Below, one piece after another: positions 29,527 to 39,382 of a DNA stretch of 62,015 nucleotides. The notes below the pieces were generated by a model. That model searched no databases and was not told the DNA's origin. It worked only from the letters and a program-made list of their open reading frames with translations. Position 1 is the first letter of the stretch. Each line of letters starts with the position of its first letter. The stretch is from IMG/VR virus record IMGVR_UViG_3300033994_002454, positions 62,001-124,015 of that record; one strand, 5' to 3'. A program made the translations under genes and the position numbers. This DNA comes from an uncultured virus (IMG/VR IMGVR_UViG_3300033994_002454). Taxonomy: Duplodnaviria > Heunggongvirae > Uroviricota > Caudoviricetes.

Positions 29527-29784
29527 TTAAAAAGGTAAGTCGTCGTCATCAATGTTATAGTTAATAGATCCTGGAAGGTCTTCCATATGGATAGAATCTG
29601 GTTCTCTAAAATATGCTTCAAGAAAGTCTTTGGGGTACAAATATACTATTCCTGTATATTTTGGGTTTGAAACTTCCCGAGTTTCTAATTTAATTCCTGC
29701 TTTACTAGCAGCTATTGCTACTTCTTTACCTAATTCATTGCCTGCGGCATGTCCTAGATAGTCATATAAACTTAAATATTCCAT
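29527..29784 (-). CDS. hypothetical protein
   Basis: SLYDYLG..AG..LG..V; acidic DDDDLPF tail. Confidence 0.6.
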   Translation of the reverse strand: MEYLSLYDYLGHAAGNELGKEVAIAASKAGIKLETREVSNPKYTGIVYLYPKDFLEAYFREPDSIHMEDLPGSINYNIDDDDLPF

Positions 29785-29785
29785 T

Positions 29786-30580
29786 TTATAATTCATTTAT
29801 TTTTCTAAACATTTCAACATTGAATTCTACTAGATCTTCGTTTAAGAAGTCAATGCTCATATCTTGGTATTTGTTCATGTTAGCAAGTGGTTTTTGATGC
29901 AATCCCATTTTTGTATAGGGCATTTCTCCAATTGCAGCCATGATTGGATTTGAAGTATCTATAGATTCAATACATTCAATATCTTTATACATTCCAAATT
30001 CAATAGGTGAAGCGGTTCCAAGCAAATGTACACGATCAAACATGGTTAATGTTTTATTGTTGTATAACTTATGAACAGCCATGTATCGTCCAATTGCTTT
30101 ACCTAAATCTTTATTTGGATGTGGGCATAATTCATTATAATATGAAGCACCATATGAAAATGCTATTTTTTGGTATCCTAAATTTTTATATGCTTGAACA
30201 CAGTCTTTAGCTTCCCATATGTGTTTCGCTTGAACTACAGCAACTTTTAATACCCCTTCAGGAAGTTTAATTTGAACCCATTCTTCTGCGTTTTTAATTG
30301 ATGCTCTTGCATTTTCCCAAACATCAGGTACAATAAATTCATCTGGTTTAATTTCATTTATCCAATATATTAATCGCTTTGTATTGTATGCTTCACCTAG
30401 CTCATGGAGTGAATTATCCATTACAATATAGCGACCCATTTCTTTTGATTTGTAGAAGAAATCACGATACTCTTCATTTTCATCCATTAAATGGGGTAAA
30501 CAATAGTCGTAGTCGTTGAATTCTCTACTTTTTTCTAAGAGGCAAAATGGTACCTCGTGTGATATTTTTATTTTTTTCAT
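29786..30580 (-). CDS. TGT/DpdA-like guanine transglycosylase
   Basis: MDNS, VPD, AVVQ, VHLLG, SIDTS in the order of TGT TIM-barrel motifs; just upstream of queC. Confidence 0.72.
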   Translation of the reverse strand: MKKIKISHEVPFCLLEKSREFNDYDYCLPHLMDENEEYRDFFYKSKEMGRYIVMDNSLHELGEAYNTKRLIYWINEIKPDEFIVPDVWENARASIKNAEEWVQIKLPEGVLKVAVVQAKHIWEAKDCVQAYKNLGYQKIAFSYGASYYNELCPHPNKDLGKAIGRYMAVHKLYNNKTLTMFDRVHLLGTASPIEFGMYKDIECIESIDTSNPIMAAIGEMPYTKMGLHQKPLANMNKYQDMSIDFLNEDLVEFNVEMFRKINEL

Positions 30581-30581
30581 A

Positions 30582-30830
30582 TTAATTATAGGCATAAGCG
30601 TGTTCATATGTTTCTGTTGCTAAAGCATCTAAATCTGCAAATCGTTTTGCATCATAACCATACCAGCGCATTCCAAGTTTGGTCATTCCGTAATTGTTAA
30701 TACCTGCTATGACAAATGTTTTTTGTTCATAGTTGTTGATGAACTCTTCCTCAACTTCATATTCTTTCCCTTCAACAAGTTCTCCTCCTTCAGGTTGTTT
30801 TCTATCGTTTATACAAACTACTTTTTTCAT
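30582..30830 (-). CDS. hypothetical protein (SH3-like)
   Basis: KVVCIND...LVEGKEYEV...Y...RF pattern. Confidence 0.6.
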   Translation of the reverse strand: MKKVVCINDRKQPEGGELVEGKEYEVEEEFINNYEQKTFVIAGINNYGMTKLGMRWYGYDAKRFADLDALATETYEHAYAYN

Positions 30831-31345
30831 CTCCAATTTATTTTGTGATTATATACATTTTCTGCGTATCCGTTTACACAAGGTCTTCCTGTGTTGTAGC
30901 ATCCAAATACAAGTTTCCAGTTTCCATATATGTTATGTAGTTTACGAAGCAGTTTCATTGAAGTTCTAACATTGTATTCAATATCTGTTCGTAAGCGTTC
31001 ACGTGAAACATTGTCTTTATTGTTTCCATGAGCTGTAGATAACATAATTTGCATCGGTCCTTCTGCGCCTACACAAGACGTTTGTGCTGGGTTGTAGTTC
31101 CAATGGAATGGTCCTTTATATCTTGTTTCTGCAAATGCAATTCCGTAAGCATATCGTTTTGGTATGTTAAAACTGTCAGCATATTTTTCAATGTAGTAGT
31201 ACATTTGCAAACAAGGTGGATCGGTTGATTTAACCGGAGACATGTCTCTCAGTGGTTGTTTTACTTCCTCAGGTGGATCAAACCTAAGGGAAGATACAGC
31301 TGCTAGGGAAATAGCAGCTATACCTAAAAACTTTAATTTACTCAT
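30827..31345 (-). CDS. lytic transglycosylase (SLT domain) with N-terminal signal/anchor
   Basis: AETRY catalytic Glu, GAEGPMQI, DIEYNV, CYNTG. Confidence 0.85.
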   Translation of the reverse strand: MSKLKFLGIAAISLAAVSSLRFDPPEEVKQPLRDMSPVKSTDPPCLQMYYYIEKYADSFNIPKRYAYGIAFAETRYKGPFHWNYNPAQTSCVGAEGPMQIMLSTAHGNNKDNVSRERLRTDIEYNVRTSMKLLRKLHNIYGNWKLVFGCYNTGRPCVNGYAENVYNHKINWR

Positions 31346-31655
31346 TCGAACCAGCGTTTTGGTAAATTCGGTTTGAATACATTTTAAAAACTGCCATACC
31401 AATAGAATCTGAATACATTTGGTATTCTCCAGTGGTTCGATCTATTAACATCAATTCATTGCTTTCGTTTACTGCAATTGAAACATTTTTAATTGAATGA
31501 ATGCTTTGATACGGGTTAACTTCTTCTGCAGGTGGATATGTTTGGGTAAATCTTCCTATTACAAATCCTGCTCCTAGGGCTCCTACTATGATTGCATAGC
31601 TAAATACTTTTTTAGTAACTGCGATTACTTGTTCTTTGTTCACAACTGTTTTCAT
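31338..31655 (-). CDS. hypothetical membrane protein
   Basis: Single TM helix; overlaps SLT start. Confidence 0.6.
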   Translation of the reverse strand: MKTVVNKEQVIAVTKKVFSYAIIVGALGAGFVIGRFTQTYPPAEEVNPYQSIHSIKNVSIAVNESNELMLIDRTTGEYQMYSDSIGMAVFKMYSNRIYQNAGSNE

Positions 31656-31674
31656 ATAACTTATTTTTTTGGGG

Positions 31675-31992
31675 TTACTTATTTATGCACTTATTTGTTA
31701 AAAATTCTTCTATTGTTTTTCCACAAACACATGTTTTTGCATTTGTATCAAATTTACAACCTGGGTTAACTGATTTCTTTTCTTCTAAAAACACATGGAT
31801 TTCAGATTCAATTCCATAAGCATTTTCTGGGAGGGAAAATATAGGTTGGTTATAAACTGTTACTGTTCCATCCGGATTAAGGGTGTGGGAAATTTTAAGG
31901 CAACGAGTTCTTTTAGTTGGTTTTTTACAAAGAAAACCTAAACGCCTTAAAAGTAATTTAAATTGATTTTTTGTTTTTGTCTTAAACGTCAT
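31675..31992 (-). CDS. hypothetical protein
   Basis: ORF with GTT-ATG context, Cys-rich C-terminus. Confidence 0.5.
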   Translation of the reverse strand: MTFKTKTKNQFKLLLRRLGFLCKKPTKRTRCLKISHTLNPDGTVTVYNQPIFSLPENAYGIESEIHVFLEEKKSVNPGCKFDTNAKTCVCGKTIEEFLTNKCINK

Positions 31993-32125
31993 AACTCTTA
32001 TTTTTATAAGTTTAATATACAAAAAAAGATTTAATGAACCAAATATTTTTAAAAAAGTTGAGCTAAAAAATAACTTAATTTATAACCTGTAAATGCGCCT
32101 AAAGTTGTTGGAATCGGAAAAACTA

Positions 32126-32590
32126 TTACCATATTTTAATTTTCCCATCAGGGTTAAGTTTTAAAATCCTATCAGCTATCGCTTTTAATTCACCTTTAGT
32201 TGCTCCTCCTTTTGGAGTAGAAACAGTAAAATATGCTGGTCTATCTACATGGTCTCTTAAGTATCTAGAAGATTCTGGGTTTACGATTGCTATATAATAT
32301 ATTTTATCTTGGGTTTCACCAAATCCATTTTCATATGCTTTAGAAGCAATCTGTCTTAAATCTCCTAAAGGATTATTACCTTTCCAAACATGGTAACCTT
32401 TTCCAGTAGCACTTATCCCTTCTATTGTTATTGGGTTTCCATTAAGCTCAAAAGAAGATAAAGGTGATGGGGTAGGTTTTTTTGGAGTACTTGGGGGTGG
32501 TGGGGGAGGAGGTGTTTTTTTGTTAAAAAGACCAAATATTTCTTTTTGAATTTCTTCTCGGATAATTTTTTTTAAATCAGATTTTTTCAT
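32126..32590 (-). CDS. hypothetical protein with MKKSDLKKIIREEI leader and poly-Pro tract (putative internal virion protein)
   Basis: Leader with IxE site; ATATTTATAA at 32605-32614. Confidence 0.62.
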   Translation of the reverse strand: MKKSDLKKIIREEIQKEIFGLFNKKTPPPPPPPSTPKKPTPSPLSSFELNGNPITIEGISATGKGYHVWKGNNPLGDLRQIASKAYENGFGETQDKIYYIAIVNPESSRYLRDHVDRPAYFTVSTPKGGATKGELKAIADRILKLNPDGKIKIW

Positions 32591-32617
32591 AGTTTATACC
32601 TTTATTATAAATATGAA

Positions 32618-33244
32618 TCAATTGGATAACTTAAATGCTTCTATTGTGTGTTTAAAAGGATTACCTTCAATATTTTTAACTAGCTCTAACATTTGTTGTG
32701 CTAACTCTCTTACTTCAACTTGTGCATGTTCGCTGTTTCGAAGTTGTTGAAAATGAGCAAAACTCCTCCAGTTAAACATAATATCCATTGTAATCTGGGA
32801 GTTGAATGTTTTAAAGAAACGAGCAGATTCTTTAGCACGTTTACGGCCTAAAACAGAAGTTAATTCTTCTAAACACATATGATAAAGTGTATTAGATTCA
32901 TTTGTAAAATTACGTAATGCTGTATCCCATCGTTCAGGCCAATCTGCAGGTAAATATGTTTTATCTTCTTTTAATTCTTTGTAACGTGCGCTTTCTCCAT
33001 TAATTGAAACTCCAATTCTATGTTTTAGCAAATGGATGTGAGTTGCTTGATCTACTGTGACTAAAAAGTGCAAACTTGATTTTTCAAATGGGGTGTGGTG
33101 TCCTTCACTTGCTAACATGTTTAGCAATTTTGGTACACGTTCTATTTTTTCGTCAGTTAATTCACGTGATGTGCTTGTCCAAGCTGAGCAAGCATGAATT
33201 AAATCATCTCCATAATGTCCTAGTAATTCAACTTTATTTTTCAT
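32618..33244 (-). CDS. thyX: FAD-dependent thymidylate synthase
   Basis: GHHTPFE, KHR...S...ESARY, E.AR, NWRS..HF..LR...HAQ.E. Confidence 0.95.
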   Translation of the reverse strand: MKNKVELLGHYGDDLIHACSAWTSTSRELTDEKIERVPKLLNMLASEGHHTPFEKSSLHFLVTVDQATHIHLLKHRIGVSINGESARYKELKEDKTYLPADWPERWDTALRNFTNESNTLYHMCLEELTSVLGRKRAKESARFFKTFNSQITMDIMFNWRSFAHFQQLRNSEHAQVEVRELAQQMLELVKNIEGNPFKHTIEAFKLSN

Positions 33245-33947
33245 ATGGAATATATTTAAAATTACGTGCTATAAATTCAGTTTGTAAATTGCTATTAGTA
33301 GGATATGAATTTTGAACACCATTGTTGATAATCACATTCATTGTTTTCCCTTCAAATTGTTTTAACACATTCGGATCTGTTACTTGTCTAACTAATTTGT
33401 TATTGTAGTATATTTTAATGTAAGTTGGAGTCCAATCAACTGTATATGTGTTGAATTTTTCTGTTGGTGGTGTAAAACCTACATACCCTGGTTGGGCTCC
33501 TAAACTATAGTTGTTTGGGGATTCACCTAAGTGTATATTAGTTTCTACTCTCCAAAACTTTCCAAATAAACTTTTCCAATCCCAGTTAAAATAACTTGAT
33601 CTACTGTTTGAGTATGCTTCAAATATATCTATTTCAGGTGGCCAAGATTCCCAAGCATACATCCAAAATGCAGGCCATAAATATGGTCCTTTAGGTAGTT
33701 TAGCTTCTATGCTAAACATTCCATAACTAAATTTTTCAGTACATGAAATTAACCCAACTCCAATTGGGGAAACTACATCATCAAATTGTTTTGGATTGTA
33801 TTGTGTTTTTAATACAATTTCACTTTCACTATTTATTTGTATAGCTGTTGGATCATACCAACAAATTGGTTTGTCTGGATGGATTTGACCCCATCTTTCT
33901 TGGGTCAGCCATTCATATCCTGACCATTGGATTGTTTGATTGCTCAT
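33234..33947 (-). CDS. glycoside hydrolase family 16
   Basis: YG.F..EAKLP, LWPAFWM, WPPEIDIFE catalytic ExDxxE. Confidence 0.88.
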   Translation of the reverse strand: MSNQTIQWSGYEWLTQERWGQIHPDKPICWYDPTAIQINSESEIVLKTQYNPKQFDDVVSPIGVGLISCTEKFSYGMFSIEAKLPKGPYLWPAFWMYAWESWPPEIDIFEAYSNSRSSYFNWDWKSLFGKFWRVETNIHLGESPNNYSLGAQPGYVGFTPPTEKFNTYTVDWTPTYIKIYYNNKLVRQVTDPNVLKQFEGKTMNVIINNGVQNSYPTNSNLQTEFIARNFKYIPYEK

Positions 33948-34168
33948 TTTAATTCTAAAACTATTTTACCAGCATTGCCCCATTCTTCTTTTCCTTGAAT
34001 GTCATAGTCCTGGATTATGTAAGTAACTATTTCTTTCATTTTTTTACTATGTCCTGTAATAATATAAATCTCTTTTGTACCTTGTATTATATGGCTGCCT
34101 ACAAACTTGTCTACTATAGTATAGACATGTTCATGTTTTAAACCATGTAAATCCAAAATTTTACTCAT
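33944..34168 (-). CDS. stand-alone Smr-domain protein
   Basis: LDLHG, IITG, N.G motifs. Confidence 0.8.
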   Translation of the reverse strand: MSKILDLHGLKHEHVYTIVDKFVGSHIIQGTKEIYIITGHSKKMKEIVTYIIQDYDIQGKEEWGNAGKIVLELK

Positions 34169-34673
34169 ATACAACTACCTTTTTAGGACGACCACGTCTT
34201 TCAATCGGTCTACCAGAACGTTCAAAATTTTTCAAACAATATACATAAAATTCTTCAGTAGTCCCATCAAAATTTGTAAGACTATTTTCATAGTCGTCAG
34301 ACGTCATCTCAAATTCACGTAAAAATCCTTTTTTAAGTGCTTCTAAACGGTCAGCTTCGTCCTTGTTAAAATCTTCTATTAAACGTTTTCTACGAGCAAA
34401 GTCAACTCCATTTTTTTCAAGCATCGTTTGAATATTTCCGTTGTATTTTTCATATACATCGTTTAATTCAATTTCAGTTAATTTCCATTGCCAAAAATAA
34501 TGTGAAAATTCATATTCACCGTTTTGAATACGTTGAAGAAATGTAGCACCTTTAGGAAGTGGTTTTGTTTTAGTATCAAAACGTCTCCACCATCTAAATT
34601 GATTGTAGTTTAGTGGTTGAAGTTTTTTAATTTCTTTGTAAACTAAATTTTTATCAGACGTTTTATATAACAT
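34161..34673 (-). CDS. hypothetical protein with C-terminal RRGRPKK
   Basis: 170-aa ORF, first gene after a promoter-like box. Confidence 0.65.
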   Translation of the reverse strand: MLYKTSDKNLVYKEIKKLQPLNYNQFRWWRRFDTKTKPLPKGATFLQRIQNGEYEFSHYFWQWKLTEIELNDVYEKYNGNIQTMLEKNGVDFARRKRLIEDFNKDEADRLEALKKGFLREFEMTSDDYENSLTNFDGTTEEFYVYCLKNFERSGRPIERRGRPKKVVVYE

Positions 34674-34687
34674 AACCTATTTTTTAG

Positions 34688-34722
34688 CTAAATATAAAAA
34701 GACTTCTTTAAGAAGCCAAGTT
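34688..34722 (-). terminator. terminator ending fibre block, overlapping TTGG...TATATTTA
   Basis: Sense GGCTTCT-TAA-AGAAGTC then TTTTT. Confidence 0.6.
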
Positions 34723-34725
34723 TTT

Positions 34726-34956
34726 TTAACTAAATAAATAATTTATATATTCTAATGAAGTTTGAAAACTTAAATTATCAATTGTAATAGAAACATCAAA
34801 AAATATTATACCGTTGTCTGTTCCAACTTGGTATTGGGTTTCACTTAAAATTTCATATTGAACTTCAGTTTCTTGCCCTTCAATAATGTATGATTGGAAT
34901 TTATATTCTATATTATTGTATATAAATCCATCTTTTATTTTTGTTATATTATTCAT
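34726..34956 (-). CDS. hypothetical protein (possible fibre chaperone)
   Basis: Small ORF at end of fibre block. Confidence 0.5.
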   Translation of the reverse strand: MNNITKIKDGFIYNNIEYKFQSYIIEGQETEVQYEILSETQYQVGTDNGIIFFDVSITIDNLSFQTSLEYINYLFS

Positions 34957-35518
34957 ATAAAAATACTTTATATAAGTTTATGTTTCCTATATCTGCAGCA
35001 TTTTGTGCTTGCATAGTAAATAGCACATAATTGTCTACAGCTCTATTTAAATTAACTGTTTGAACATTTCCAGTAGTATATTCTGAATATGCTGAATTTG
35101 AATAGCTTGTTAAAGTTGTTCCATTATAGCTAAAGTTTCTTTCAACATATCCAAGGAATTGGGTAGATGCTCCATTCATTGTAAAGATAGTATTGAATAA
35201 ACTAGCACCTATTAAGCTATTACTAGTGTTAAAATATATTCTCCCATATAATTGTCCAACATTTCCAGATTGTCTAAACATTCTAAATACAAGTTGGAGA
35301 ATATTATTTGTTCCAAGAGAATTTGCAGGGATTAAAAGTGAATGACATGTAGTAACATTCGTGCTTGTGGTTTGAGTTCCTGTAATCCCAGAAAAACCTA
35401 ATAATCTAGGGTTTGAAGCTTGAGCATATGCTGCTGTTGTAGCATATGATGCAGATGTTGCTATTGAAGCTGTTGCTGCGTTAATATTTAAACCATTTAT
35501 TTGACTAATATTTCCCAT
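34949..35518 (-). CDS. fibre-associated structural protein
   Basis: ATSASYA repeats, LIPANSL, beta-rich. Confidence 0.6.
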   Translation of the reverse strand: MGNISQINGLNINAATASIATSASYATTAAYAQASNPRLLGFSGITGTQTTSTNVTTCHSLLIPANSLGTNNILQLVFRMFRQSGNVGQLYGRIYFNTSNSLIGASLFNTIFTMNGASTQFLGYVERNFSYNGTTLTSYSNSAYSEYTTGNVQTVNLNRAVDNYVLFTMQAQNAADIGNINLYKVFLYE

Positions 35519-35528
35519 ATTATTTCTT

Positions 35529-38500
35529 TTATATTACGTACCAATCGTTAGATGGTCTAAATTTCATAGTCCAATATTCAGGAGATCCTGTATTTTGGTA
35601 GTATGCATGTCCTAAAATTCTAACATATTGCCCTGCAGTTGTAGGTACAACAGTTGACATTGTATTTCCTGCACTTTCTCTAACATATATTGGTAACCCA
35701 AAATTAATTCCTTGAACAATAGGAGTATCAATATAGGTACCATCATTTACTGTAATTGACCCTTCTAAAATAACTTTAGGTCTAGCACCTGTTTCAGCAC
35801 ATATTCCTAAAAGTTTAGTACAATCTGCAGTTCCTTGAGCAACAGGATACCATTTACCATCTGTTTCTAGATATACTAGATCAAATTGGTTTACAGTTCC
35901 ATCTAATGTTGCTTCTATAACTTCTCCTTCATAGTTAAACCCTACTACTCCTACATCTGAAAATAGGTCTTGGGTGCCTACTTCAATGAATCTTTTTAAG
36001 TATGTGTTTGTTTCTATTTTATAGTTAAGAGCAAATGCATCCCAATTAAAAACTACAGTGTTTGATGAATCTAGTAATGATCTAGTACCCCAATTAAGAG
36101 ATGTATTACCTAATGAATCGTATAAAAAGCTATTTTGCCAATCAATTGACGGACTAAGATTTTGATAATTTGCAGTTCTAAAAAGAGCATCTATACTTAA
36201 TAAACCCGATGTATCATATATTCTTCGAGTGGTATCGTTTAATTCAATAGCAGTTGCAGTTGCAGCTAAAAATGAATTATATGTTTGAACACTAAATGAA
36301 CCTGTTGATTCAAGACTTCCAGAAACAATTGCCGATCCTGTTATTGTTACACCTGATTGCCAGTTAAGTACTTCATTTCCATTTGAATTTTTTAATTGGC
36401 GGTTCTGGTAGTCTATTGACTCTTTATTAGAGGAATCTTTAGTCAATCTGTTACCCCAATCTACAGAAACATTTCCACTAGCATCGTTTAAATATCTACT
36501 AGCCCATTCTAAAGTTGGAAAACCACCGGTTCCCCATAAAGCTTTGGCTGCCCAATCGATTGAATAAGATTCGTTTGCATCATATAAAATACGACCACCC
36601 CAATCTATTGATTGAGAAGTAGATGAATCGTATCCGGTTCTAATACCCCAATTCACTGTAGTTATCCCTAATGGATCAACTAACCATCTAGTATCCCAAT
36701 AAACACTAGCACCTCCTAAACCGTCAGATAATCTACGAGATTCCCAACTAATACTATTAACAGTAGTACTATCATATAAATCTCTAGCATCAGCATCAAA
36801 GCTGCTAGTGCCCATTACATCATATATGGTTCTAGAAAAATCACTAATTGATATAGCAGGAACATATGTTAATCCGTCAAATGTTTGTGTACTAAATGAG
36901 CCTGTTACTCCTAATGAACCTGTAATTTCTGCAGAACCTGTATAAGGAAATGCGGGTGTGCTTGGTGCATATGAAGCGGACAATGCATATGATGCACTTG
37001 TTGAAGTATCGGAATATGATGCTGTTAAAGCATATGAACTTGATAATGCTTGAGTAGCATATGATGAACTTACAGCATTTAAAACGTATGAAGCGGTTTG
37101 AGCCGTTTGAACGTAACTAGCAGTAGTTGCTATACCTTGTAAAGATCCCGTAAATGAATTTGCAGTTATATTACCATTAATATTATATGAACCTGTAGTA
37201 TTTTTTGTATTTACCCAGGAAACTCCATTATATGCTAATAAGTCTCCATTAAGTGGAGAAGAAATACTAACATCGGATAAATCATCTAAACTAGCTACAG
37301 TAGAACCTCCTCCTCCAGTTGTAGTATTTCTAAAAGTACCAGCTTGGATAAATTTAGCATCTGTTGTATTAGATAAATCAGAAGTACCACTTTTTACTAT
37401 TAAATAAGCACAAAATATTGCTTGGGTTAATGTGTTATTATTTTCTTGAAAATCTTCGTATGGTAAATTAGCTAATGCATTTGAAATAGAATTATACGTA
37501 GATCTTCCATAATAAACTCCTAATATATTAGGTTGGTTAGGAAAATAAAATATTCGTTGTATTGAATAAAGTCCTCCTGGAACAGGAGATAAGCCTGTTG
37601 GGGTAGTAGGTGTATTATATTGGGTTGGGTCTATTACACTTCCTGTTGTAGTAACGAATGTAGATCCTGAAAGATAATATTTAAATATTAATGGTGAATT
37701 ATATGCTGCATCAGGTACATAGGATGGTTTATTAGCATTATTTACATAATTTCTACCTAAAGAAAATGCTACACCTGATGATCTATTAACATATAAACTA
37801 GAGCCACTAGGAGATATAGTATGGCCTGAAATTTTTATTCCACCAAATGATCTAATGAATTCATATGTTTGTTGTGCAATGCCATAAGAAGTTACTGTAA
37901 AAGTTTTATACAGACTTATAGTAGATAAATTAGGGTGAACTAGAGATCCAATTTGAATAAAATTATCAAATTGCCCATTAGTTGGAGCATCAGTTTGTTG
38001 AATTAAACTACCTGAATTGTTTATAAGAAGCCACGTTGTGTCATGGGTATTCAAATATGTTGGAGTAACATTAGTATATGAGGGCCATTGAACATAGTTA
38101 ACTGTAGGATAAGGTTCAATACTAGCCGTAGTAGCATTTAAAGTAACTATTATGCCACTACCACTACTTACATTAAATGTAGTGCCCCCTACACTTCCAC
38201 TAACAACACCTCCAGTTAAAATTCCTGTATAGATATTACCTTCTAACCAACGCAAACGTATTACATTACTATATCCGTTACTGTTTTGAGAAAAATATAA
38301 ATCTTGGGTTGAACCCGAAGTAAAAATATAAGAAGCTGATACTGTAGTGTCTGGGACTACATTTACTGGGTTGAGTTTTAAAAATCCATCAAATGTTGGA
38401 TTTGCATGAAAAAATACAGAAGATGAGGCTAAACCTAAAGGAAGATAAGCTCCAGATATTATTAATCCTCCGTTAATAGTAGTATTTCCATAAAAATTAT

Positions 38501-39113
38501 TAGACCCTGTTGAATTTAAAGATCCAGTTATTTGAACAATTTGGTGTAATGGGTTAACATAAGATGCTGTTAAGGCATATGAAGCACTTGTAGCATGATC
38601 AGCATGTGAAGCACTTAAGGCATATGAACTTGATAAAGCTTGAGCAGCATATGAAGCAGTTCCAAGTAAACTTCCTGTTATTCCTCCAGATACATCTAAA
38701 GATCCTGTTACTAAAACAGGTCCTGTTTTTATATCTACGGTTCCGTAAAGCGTTTGAACGTCATTTGAAGCGTCTCCAAACTGATTTGAGCCACTTGAAT
38801 ATATTACAGAAGCAGATTCATAGGATACGTTTAAAAACGCAATTGATGCAGTACCATTTACTATTACATCTCCATTTATTGTACCTCCTGTTAAAGGTAA
38901 ATATGCTGGGGCATATGAAGCTGTTTCAGCATATGAGGAACTTAAAGCTTGTAAAGCATATGAAGACGTTACTCCAAATTCTTTTACAACGTTTCCAGAA
39001 CCTGAACCATAAAATAAACGTCCATCAGTTACATTAATTGCTAGTTCACCTTGTACAAGTACAGAAGGTGTACTTCCTGAATTTGTGCTATTTCTAGTTA
39101 TTATTGTGCTCAT
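35529..39113 (-). CDS. long tail fibre/spike protein
   Basis: N-terminal P..LVQGELAINVTDGRLF, SASYA and TGS repeats, LDDLSDV, 16-aa Trp repeats; late motif at 39117-39126. Confidence 0.8.
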   Translation of the reverse strand: MSTIITRNSTNSGSTPSVLVQGELAINVTDGRLFYGSGSGNVVKEFGVTSSYALQALSSSYAETASYAPAYLPLTGGTINGDVIVNGTASIAFLNVSYESASVIYSSGSNQFGDASNDVQTLYGTVDIKTGPVLVTGSLDVSGGITGSLLGTASYAAQALSSSYALSASHADHATSASYALTASYVNPLHQIVQITGSLNSTGSNNFYGNTTINGGLIISGAYLPLGLASSSVFFHANPTFDGFLKLNPVNVVPDTTVSASYIFTSGSTQDLYFSQNSNGYSNVIRLRWLEGNIYTGILTGGVVSGSVGGTTFNVSSGSGIIVTLNATTASIEPYPTVNYVQWPSYTNVTPTYLNTHDTTWLLINNSGSLIQQTDAPTNGQFDNFIQIGSLVHPNLSTISLYKTFTVTSYGIAQQTYEFIRSFGGIKISGHTISPSGSSLYVNRSSGVAFSLGRNYVNNANKPSYVPDAAYNSPLIFKYYLSGSTFVTTTGSVIDPTQYNTPTTPTGLSPVPGGLYSIQRIFYFPNQPNILGVYYGRSTYNSISNALANLPYEDFQENNNTLTQAIFCAYLIVKSGTSDLSNTTDAKFIQAGTFRNTTTGGGGSTVASLDDLSDVSISSPLNGDLLAYNGVSWVNTKNTTGSYNINGNITANSFTGSLQGIATTASYVQTAQTASYVLNAVSSSYATQALSSSYALTASYSDTSTSASYALSASYAPSTPAFPYTGSAEITGSLGVTGSFSTQTFDGLTYVPAISISDFSRTIYDVMGTSSFDADARDLYDSTTVNSISWESRRLSDGLGGASVYWDTRWLVDPLGITTVNWGIRTGYDSSTSQSIDWGGRILYDANESYSIDWAAKALWGTGGFPTLEWASRYLNDASGNVSVDWGNRLTKDSSNKESIDYQNRQLKNSNGNEVLNWQSGVTITGSAIVSGSLESTGSFSVQTYNSFLAATATAIELNDTTRRIYDTSGLLSIDALFRTANYQNLSPSIDWQNSFLYDSLGNTSLNWGTRSLLDSSNTVVFNWDAFALNYKIETNTYLKRFIEVGTQDLFSDVGVVGFNYEGEVIEATLDGTVNQFDLVYLETDGKWYPVAQGTADCTKLLGICAETGARPKVILEGSITVNDGTYIDTPIVQGINFGLPIYVRESAGNTMSTVVPTTAGQYVRILGHAYYQNTGSPEYWTMKFRPSNDWYVI

Positions 39114-39125
39114 TATTTATAAATA

Positions 39126-39374
39126 TTAAAAAGTGCCTCCGTCTATAATACCAACAAAGTAGGAGGCAGTCACGGAGTTTGTAACTGAAATACTTCCTGT
39201 TACTATTTGGTCTCCAATAAAAATATTTGAACCTGTAGTTGCAAATGAAGCTGAATCTAAATTAATAGGAACTGTGGAGCCTGTTCCGTCATACACAAAT
39301 TGTCCATCGGTTTGAAGAACCCTTTGATATGTTGTTTCTATATTCTGACCTGTAAAATCAAAAGGTCCTGCCAT
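39126..39374 (-). CDS. small structural protein ending IDGGTF
   Basis: FATTGSN.F.G.Q motif; C-terminal IDGGTF. Confidence 0.6.
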   Translation of the reverse strand: MAGPFDFTGQNIETTYQRVLQTDGQFVYDGTGSTVPINLDSASFATTGSNIFIGDQIVTGSISVTNSVTASYFVGIIDGGTF

Positions 39375-39382
39375 AACTTATT

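Noticed and set aside
34949..39113. Diversity-generating retroelement acting on the fibre
   Set aside because: No reverse transcriptase and no near-identical template/variable repeat pair seen in the window
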